NCBI GenBank assembly: GCA_027218345.1
Contig: GCA_027218345.1_3950.1
Strand: one strand, 5' to 3'
DNA from: a phage
Length of the DNA: 64,000 nucleotides
A program made the position numbers and the translations under genes. A model generated the notes under the pieces. The model was not told where the DNA came from and searched no databases. It was given only the letters and a program-made list of their open reading frames with translations. Of the stretch, positions 58,080 to 64,000 are shown in pieces (within the stretch, counting starts at the first letter, position 1; each line of letters opens with the position of its first letter).

Positions 58080-58286
58080 GAGCAGCATAAACCAACAGGT
58101 ACTCACCAGCATCACTTAAGAGTCTTCTAAGAGGGTTTTAAGTGATGTTTGGTTTGGTATGGAAGGATGGCAGTAGCCTTATAAAAAATCTGCCAAATAA
58201 GCTATAAAATCTGTTGACAAGTCAGGTGTTATAGCTTATTTTTATGCTCAACGTAATACAAAATTTAATATAACTTTGAGGTCATT

Positions 58287-58670
58287 ATGAAAAAGGTTTT
58301 ATTAGCTGCTGCAATGGTTATGGCAATGAATTTACAAGTCAATGCAACAGAACTTCCAAATGTGGACTTGTCAGGTGTTCCAGAAGACACTTGCCAGATT
58401 GTTAAAGGTGTTGCCATAGCTAATGGTGAGTTACTTAAACCAATCTCTGAAGAGTCTTTGACAGAGATGACTGATAAGGTGACTGACTATCAATATCGCG
58501 TTCTTGCAGAGTATTTCCTGCAATCTGCAAATATTAAAGAGAAGCACCATGACGATATTGATGTACAGGCTATGCTCAACCATCGTATCCAGTTTAAAGA
58601 AGATTTGATGCAAAAAGCTATGTATGGTGTTGAGTATTTCTTAGAAAACAGAAGCTGCACAGGTATTTGA
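58287..58670 (+). CDS. secreted/periplasmic hypothetical protein
   Basis: N-terminal signal peptide MKKVLLAAAMVMAMNLQVNA. Confidence 0.5.
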   Translation: MKKVLLAAAMVMAMNLQVNATELPNVDLSGVPEDTCQIVKGVAIANGELLKPISEESLTEMTDKVTDYQYRVLAEYFLQSANIKEKHHDDIDVQAMLNHRIQFKEDLMQKAMYGVEYFLENRSCTGI

Positions 58671-58671
58671 T

Positions 58672-58884
58672 ATGGCTCTTAAAAAGTTACATCCCAGAAG
58701 CGGTTATGGTAAGATAATTGACGATACAGATGGCTTTACAGTCTTTACAGTTATCTGTCAAGATGATTCACAGATTGAAAAGGCTCTTGATGATTATCTT
58801 AACGATGAACGTGAAAAGGTTAGGGCTACAAACATAGATTCATTAATTGACACTTCACGCAAACGGAAGAAGAAAGATGAATGA
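58672..58884 (+). CDS. hypothetical protein
   Basis: 70-aa ORF. Confidence 0.4.
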   Translation: MALKKLHPRSGYGKIIDDTDGFTVFTVICQDDSQIEKALDDYLNDEREKVRATNIDSLIDTSRKRKKKDE

Positions 58885-59176
58885 GGTTTTTGACCCTTAT
58901 GCCCCACAAGATGATTGGGAGGCTGATAGAGAGGCTGAAATGGAGAGCTATATTTGTCCAATGGATGTAGACGAGATGAGAGACTTCGTTGCACATCGTT
59001 TTAAGAGAGAGATTAAATCCAGAGGTCTTTCTCAAGAGCAAGTTGCTAAAATTTGTGGCATCTCTCAGGCTCGTGTATCCAACATAATCCATCTCACTGG
59101 TAACGTCTCACTTGAGTATATGTTGGAAGTGTGTGAAAAATTTGGTGTTAATTTCAATTTAAGGTTGGCAGATTAA
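58877..59176 (+). CDS. helix-turn-helix DNA-binding protein
   Basis: HTH-like segment LSQEQVAKICGISQARVSNI. Confidence 0.55.
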   Translation: MNEVFDPYAPQDDWEADREAEMESYICPMDVDEMRDFVAHRFKREIKSRGLSQEQVAKICGISQARVSNIIHLTGNVSLEYMLEVCEKFGVNFNLRLAD

Positions 59177-59177
59177 T

Positions 59178-59537
59178 ATGAAACGTGAAAACATTATCCA
59201 CTCTGAAAACTTCGCATTAGGCTTTTATGGCGTACCAACTCACCTTGAAAAGTATTATGGTGTGAAGATTCTCTCCAATCTCATTATGGCTTACAAAGAT
59301 GGTAAGATTAAGCACACTGAGAAGAAACGTGTCATGGGCTATATGGCTGTAGGTTCAGCAATCTCGAACATTAAGCTGGAAACCACTAGCAGTCAGACTG
59401 TGAAAGACCACTTCATCAAAGAGCTTTACCAGAATCTTGATGGGGTAGATGTTCAGGCTGTTTGGCTGGATGTTGATGGTCATAACTACACAAGTTTTGT
59501 TTTCAAAAACGATGACATTAAGTGCTTGTTCCCATAA
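59178..59537 (+). CDS. hypothetical protein
   Basis: 119-aa ORF. Confidence 0.45.
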   Translation: MKRENIIHSENFALGFYGVPTHLEKYYGVKILSNLIMAYKDGKIKHTEKKRVMGYMAVGSAISNIKLETTSSQTVKDHFIKELYQNLDGVDVQAVWLDVDGHNYTSFVFKNDDIKCLFP

Positions 59538-59550
59538 TAGGTGATTAACT

Positions 59551-60066
59551 ATGATTGATATCTACTTACAAGATGCTCATGCAGATTTCCTTAAAGAGAT
59601 GCTTAAAAAGTTTATGGCTTCACAGTATGAGAATGAAGCATCTTTTAAAATAGTTACATGTGGTGATGAAGCTGGTTTTGTTGAGATTGAACATGAAGGT
59701 ACTGGTAAGACTGTTTGTAAGCTACCTGATAGTATGTTCTCTAACACATTCTTAACAAAGACTAGTATAAGTGTTAAGCTTGTTCCTCAGATTGAAACAT
59801 ACTCTGGTACAGATTACCCTAAAGGCTTTAAGTCACTGATGAAGCACTTCTTGGATGACTTTGTAAGTAATCTTCTTAGTGAGATAACAGAAAGCCGTAC
59901 AATATTAACTGTAGAGAATATCGGAGGAACTATCAGGATTACTTCTGACCGCTACTCTATGAGTCTCTTCGACTTCGTTCCTAAGAACTTTGATGGTATT
60001 CTGGATGAAGAAGATGACTGTGTAGACTTTATATTGGTTCTTGAACCAGTTTTTGAGGTTAAATAA
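59551..60066 (+). CDS. hypothetical protein
   Basis: 171-aa ORF. Confidence 0.5.
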   Translation: MIDIYLQDAHADFLKEMLKKFMASQYENEASFKIVTCGDEAGFVEIEHEGTGKTVCKLPDSMFSNTFLTKTSISVKLVPQIETYSGTDYPKGFKSLMKHFLDDFVSNLLSEITESRTILTVENIGGTIRITSDRYSMSLFDFVPKNFDGILDEEDDCVDFILVLEPVFEVK

Positions 60067-60327
60067 ATGAAAATTGAACACTGCTATGAGTCTGATGGAA
60101 CACCTATCCGTTGTCCACATTGTGGGTGTACAGACTTGCAAGGTGAAGTTCATGTGATTGTTAATGGTCATATAGCTGAAGAAAGTACTACATGTGTTGG
60201 TTGTGGTGAGCATCTATCATTCTGGGCTTATGGTTCATACCAACCTGCACCACACTTAATCTACCATAGCAATAAAGCTGTGAAGAATGTTATCAATTGG
60301 TTCATTAAGAAAGGATTTACAAAATGA
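60067..60327 (+). CDS. small zinc-ribbon protein
   Basis: CPHCGC...CVGCG cysteine pairs. Confidence 0.45.
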   Translation: MKIEHCYESDGTPIRCPHCGCTDLQGEVHVIVNGHIAEESTTCVGCGEHLSFWAYGSYQPAPHLIYHSNKAVKNVINWFIKKGFTK

Positions 60328-60869
60328 TTAAATTAATCTTTGCAAGTGGTGAAAATGGTGAGTTTGGTACTCCAACTGGTATGCCGTGGCCTCGACATAA
60401 ACAGGACATGCAAGAGTTTAAGAGACTCACTAAAAACAACTTAGTAGTGATGGGTAACGAGACTTTCAAGACTCTGGGGAGTAAGCCTTTACCAGAACGT
60501 GCAAATCTCATCTTAACAAATTCTGTACCATATCTAGGCATAGACTTTGGCAAAGATGATGTGATGTATGCTAAGGCCAGCAAAGAATCCTTTGGAGCAT
60601 TTTTGAAGTATCTTGATAGCTCTATTGATGAAGATGTCTTTGTAATTGGTGGTGCAGGTGTTCTTGTCAATGCTTTGCCGTATGCTGGTGTAGTTTTCCA
60701 TACAGTTTTCCATAAAGTTACTGAAGAGGCCACTGTGTATTTACCTTTTGAAAACTTCTTTGATAAGCTGTATGATAACCGTGTATTTGCAAAGGTACAG
60801 TCAAGACCCTCAGATGATGGTAAAGCAACCTTTGAAATCTATGTTCCACAAGTAAAAGGGCACTTTTGA
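60324..60869 (+). CDS. folA: dihydrofolate reductase
   Basis: N-terminal IFASGENGEFG...MPW and VVMGNETFKTLG resemble DHFR NADPH/folate-binding motifs; adjacent to thyA. Confidence 0.8.
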   Translation: MIKLIFASGENGEFGTPTGMPWPRHKQDMQEFKRLTKNNLVVMGNETFKTLGSKPLPERANLILTNSVPYLGIDFGKDDVMYAKASKESFGAFLKYLDSSIDEDVFVIGGAGVLVNALPYAGVVFHTVFHKVTEEATVYLPFENFFDKLYDNRVFAKVQSRPSDDGKATFEIYVPQVKGHF

Positions 60870-60870
60870 T

Positions 60871-61770
60871 ATGTCACAAGCTGATTTGAGTTACAAAAAT
60901 ATCCTGAACCATGTTTTATCCGTTGGTGAACTGCGTACTACACGAACTGGAGACGTTATCTCTGCATTTGCTCCACCACAGTTTCGTTTTGATATGCGTA
61001 CTGGTTTCCCACTCTTAACATCTAAACAGGTGTTTACAAGGCAAGTTATTGGGGAAGCTTTATGGTTCCTGAATGGTGAGAATAAACTGGGTGAACTCCG
61101 TTACCGTACTTGGGGTGAAAATGACGGAGAACGTTGGACTATCTGGTCAGATGATTTTAAACGCTGGTTAAGTTCTAATTATTCTTCTGAACAAGATTGG
61201 TTAGAGGATGCAGGTGGAAGAATCTATGGGGTTCAGTGGAGAAACTTTGAAGGCCATAACGGTTGTGTTGTAGACCAGTTAGAGACCTTAGTAACGAAGA
61301 TGAAGGGTGATATCACAGACCGTTACATGCTTGTTAATGCTTGGAATGCAGCAGATATTGCAGCAAACTCAATGGCTCTAGCACCTTGTCATGTTCTGTT
61401 TCAGATTTATATTACTAACGAGGGTGAAGTTGACTTACAATGGTATCAGCGTTCTGTAGACACCTTTTTAGGACTTCCATTTAACATTGCATCTTATGGT
61501 TTTATTCTGGAAGTTCTTTGCAAGATGACTGGATACACTCCACGATACTTGATAGGTGTCTTTGGGGATACTCAGATTTATCAGAACCATATGAAGCAGG
61601 TTTATGAACTGATGAACAATGAAGAGTTCCATGCACCTACTTTTGAGATTGGTGTTCAGCTTAACACTCTAAGTGATTTAAAACATCTTACTGCAAGTGA
61701 TTTTATTGGTGGCATTAACAATTACCAACATGCAGGAAAGATTGAAGCACCTTTGTCAGTAGGTAAGTAA
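60871..61770 (+). CDS. thyA: thymidylate synthase
   Basis: Motifs LAPCHVLFQIY (catalytic Cys), RSVDTFLGLPFNIASY; 299 aa. Confidence 0.9.
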   Translation: MSQADLSYKNILNHVLSVGELRTTRTGDVISAFAPPQFRFDMRTGFPLLTSKQVFTRQVIGEALWFLNGENKLGELRYRTWGENDGERWTIWSDDFKRWLSSNYSSEQDWLEDAGGRIYGVQWRNFEGHNGCVVDQLETLVTKMKGDITDRYMLVNAWNAADIAANSMALAPCHVLFQIYITNEGEVDLQWYQRSVDTFLGLPFNIASYGFILEVLCKMTGYTPRYLIGVFGDTQIYQNHMKQVYELMNNEEFHAPTFEIGVQLNTLSDLKHLTASDFIGGINNYQHAGKIEAPLSVGK

Positions 61771-61771
61771 A

Positions 61772-61815
61772 AACAAAAAAGGCTCCCGTAAAAAGGAGCC
61801 TTAAAATTTTATTTT
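61772..61815. terminator. bidirectional terminator between thyA and the convergent minus-strand genes
   Basis: Hairpin GGCTCCCGTAAAAAGGAGCC flanked by an A run upstream and T run downstream. Confidence 0.6.
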
Positions 61816-62180
61816 TCAGTATTCTTTGTGTTCTTCTCAGTAATAGCTTGGAGGGCTGATACTGATTGAGCCAGATTATTCACACTGTCAGAGAATTTAT
61901 CAAGAGTTTTGGTAAGTTTTGCGTTTTCACCCTTAACATTCTCTAACTGAACTTTCTGGTTCTCCATCCCTAGCTGAATCAGTCTCATGTCAGACTGTAA
62001 ATCACGAATAGCTGAATAGTTACTTTTGGAATAATTATCTAGCTGCTGTAACTTTGTTGTGACAGACACTTCTTGCTTACCACTTGAAACTTGCATAGTG
62101 GTATACATCCCAATAACACTAAAAATACCAACTACAATTGCACCAATATTATTTTTAAAAGCTTCCTCTAGCCACTTCAT
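61809..62180 (-). CDS. membrane-anchored coiled-coil protein
   Basis: N-terminal TM helix IGAIVVGIFSVIGMY then helical region. Confidence 0.45.
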   Translation of the reverse strand: MKWLEEAFKNNIGAIVVGIFSVIGMYTTMQVSSGKQEVSVTTKLQQLDNYSKSNYSAIRDLQSDMRLIQLGMENQKVQLENVKGENAKLTKTLDKFSDSVNNLAQSVSALQAITEKNTKNTEK

Positions 62181-62374
62181 TTATTCTCCCCCTTAAAAGC
62201 TTTTTCTAAGTTATCTACGAACTCATCATCAATAGGTGTGTCTGTTTTACTCGCAAGGTATCTTGCAAGCCTAAAGAACACTTTCTCAATCATGTATTCA
62301 CTTAGAAGGGATAAAATGAGTTTCCAGAAGAAGCTACCTAGATTTTTTAGAAGAATTGCTAGGATTGTAGGCAT
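62177..62374 (-). CDS. small membrane protein
   Basis: 65 aa with N-terminal hydrophobic helix. Confidence 0.4.
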   Translation of the reverse strand: MPTILAILLKNLGSFFWKLILSLLSEYMIEKVFFRLARYLASKTDTPIDDEFVDNLEKAFKGENK

Positions 62375-62453
62375 TTAATCACCTCATCAGCCAAGATGGT
62401 GAGAATACCCATAAAGAATATTAACACCATCTTAACAATCAGTCAACAAGGGA

Positions 62454-63986
62454 TTAAGCAGCTCTCACCCAAGCCATTAACTTGTAGAACTGGTTAGTAA
62501 CACTAAATGCTGACCCAGAACCTGTACCACCAGTGTTACCACTGACTGTGTGGCTGTGAGCACCAATACCTACAGAGTGGGAATGGTCGCCAGCACCGCT
62601 TGTAGTACCAGACCATGTATGTGTATGGTTACCAGTTGTGTTAGTGTTAGGGAATTTATTGTCCCTTCTGTCAAGCCAGTCAAGAGTTCTCGTCTTGTTA
62701 TTGCTAACAGTTGTATAACCGTACTGAGCATCACCACCATTAACCAATAGCAGACCTAAGTGGTGAGCGTGGTTACCAGCAGCACTTGTTGTACCACTTA
62801 CAGAGTGAGTATGACCACCAGTGCTATTAGTGTTCTTCGTACCATAATCAAAAGATGAAGTGGTAGCAGAGAATCTATGGGTGTGTGATGGTAAGTTGCC
62901 AACAGATAGCGTCACAGAATCTGAACCACCAGTTGTAGCAACATCTGAACCATTTGCTGCTGCAATTCTGATAGTTCTCCCAACACCATTGTTCAGGTAC
63001 GTCCAAGTTAGACCAGGAAGTGCTGTATTAGGGTCAACATTACTGTTAAACCACGTTACGATACCTACTGGATAGATTTTGTTAAGGTCTGTAGAGTCAC
63101 TTACTGCCTGTGCAATCTTCTGGTCAGTTTCTGCTTTAGTGTATGCACCAATTTCTGAAGGGGTTGGTTTATCTTGGTCTGTATAGATTTTAGACCATAC
63201 CTGCTCAAAGCCATACCCATCTCGTGCTGTTCTATACCAAAAACCCCCATTTCTGTAGAGAAATTTTAACTGAACGGCTGGTGTAGAACCAAGACCCTGA
63301 AACATATGGTAGACTAGCTGTGTTGAACCAGCAGTTTTATCCGTAACACTATACAGACCTGTTTTTGCATTCCATGCAACACCATCACCATCCTTTTCAG
63401 AAGCTGTGCCAGTAACACTTGCGAGCATATACCTAGAGTTTGCGGCAGATTGGGTATAGTATCTAGCATCTAAGTTAGAGAAGTCAGATGGTTGAACTTG
63501 ACCAGTAATGATTAGATTCTTATTAGCCTTAATCGCTGAAGGCATAAGAGTAATTTGAGTCCCAGAGTAGCTGTTGTTTAAGGCTACATCATTAGAGTTT
63601 GTGCCACCTACACCTACCCACCACCTAGATACATTCTCAGTGTCAACACCACGGATATATTGTGGAAGCCCCTGTGTTAAGTTCCTCAATACTAAGCCTT
63701 CATTATTTGATACAATAGTCTGCACATTCACGAAAGTGTTAGACACATTAATCTTAGCAAGATTATTCAAAGTAGCTGCTGGAATATATCTAGAGTCAAT
63801 GTTAGTCCAATCAGATGGTTGAACTTGACCAGTGATTTTTACACTCTTATTAAATGTAGCACCAGACGAGTTTAAGACAATTGAGGTATTGCCCTTGTAA
63901 TCGTAAAATGTGATATTGTCATTTGCATCACCTTTACCGATATACCACAGATTATTGTTTTCAACATCTTTTGCTAGGATGAACAA
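62454..63986 (-). CDS. tail fibre protein (partial; 5' end likely beyond window)
   Basis: Gly/Ser/Thr-rich with repeated HxH motifs ([35 protein letters not shown]); reading frame runs to window end. Confidence 0.6.
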   Translation of the reverse strand: MFILAKDVENNNLWYIGKGDANDNITFYDYKGNTSIVLNSSGATFNKSVKITGQVQPSDWTNIDSRYIPAATLNNLAKINVSNTFVNVQTIVSNNEGLVLRNLTQGLPQYIRGVDTENVSRWWVGVGGTNSNDVALNNSYSGTQITLMPSAIKANKNLIITGQVQPSDFSNLDARYYTQSAANSRYMLASVTGTASEKDGDGVAWNAKTGLYSVTDKTAGSTQLVYHMFQGLGSTPAVQLKFLYRNGGFWYRTARDGYGFEQVWSKIYTDQDKPTPSEIGAYTKAETDQKIAQAVSDSTDLNKIYPVGIVTWFNSNVDPNTALPGLTWTYLNNGVGRTIRIAAANGSDVATTGGSDSVTLSVGNLPSHTHRFSATTSSFDYGTKNTNSTGGHTHSVSGTTSAAGNHAHHLGLLLVNGGDAQYGYTTVSNNKTRTLDWLDRRDNKFPNTNTTGNHTHTWSGTTSGAGDHSHSVGIGAHSHTVSGNTGGTGSGSAFSVTNQFYKLMAWVRAA

Positions 63987-64000
63987 AGACTCATTAACAG

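Noticed and set aside
1-64000. CRISPR arrays, integrase or lysogeny module
   Set aside because: No spaced direct-repeat arrays of CRISPR type and no integrase or repressor-like genes were seen; the content is that of a virulent phage.

Overview
This window reads as a segment of a virulent, tRNA-rich dsDNA phage, by gene content most like Felix O1-type or T5-type lytic phages (inference from content only; nothing was searched). The layout is four strand blocks: (1) 1-7417, minus strand: about 26 tRNA genes with CCA mostly encoded, interrupted by an HNH endonuclease gene and a few ORFs, plus a vWA-domain protein; (2) 7645-14623, plus strand: small genes, a duplicated Ig-like-domain protein pair and a T4-type lysozyme; a repeat-dense noncoding tract at 14640-16250 where the two blocks converge; (3) 16250-51911, minus strand: an array of small accessory genes each preceded by a conserved hairpin/RBS cassette, then macro-domain protein, candidate spanins, rIIB/rIIA, NAMPT plus PRPP-synthetase (NAD salvage), HNH endonuclease, NrdG, intron-split NrdD, glutaredoxin, NrdB, NrdA, GIY-YIG-like endonuclease, 5'-3' exonuclease, SSB-like protein, primase-helicase and dNMP kinase; (4) 52169-61770, plus strand: family A DNA polymerase split by a small group I intron with a free-standing HNH-AP2 endonuclease just downstream, DNA ligase, small proteins, DHFR and thymidylate synthase; then a minus-strand tail-fibre gene running off the window end. 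All calls come from reading the sequence and the supplied ORF translations by eye; tRNA anticodons and intron boundaries are hand-folded and need software confirmation. No CRISPR array or integrase was seen. The most unusual signals are the repeat-dense noncoding tract, the repeated intergenic cassette family, class-I-shaped tRNAs carrying leucine anticodons, and the two ORF-less group I introns.
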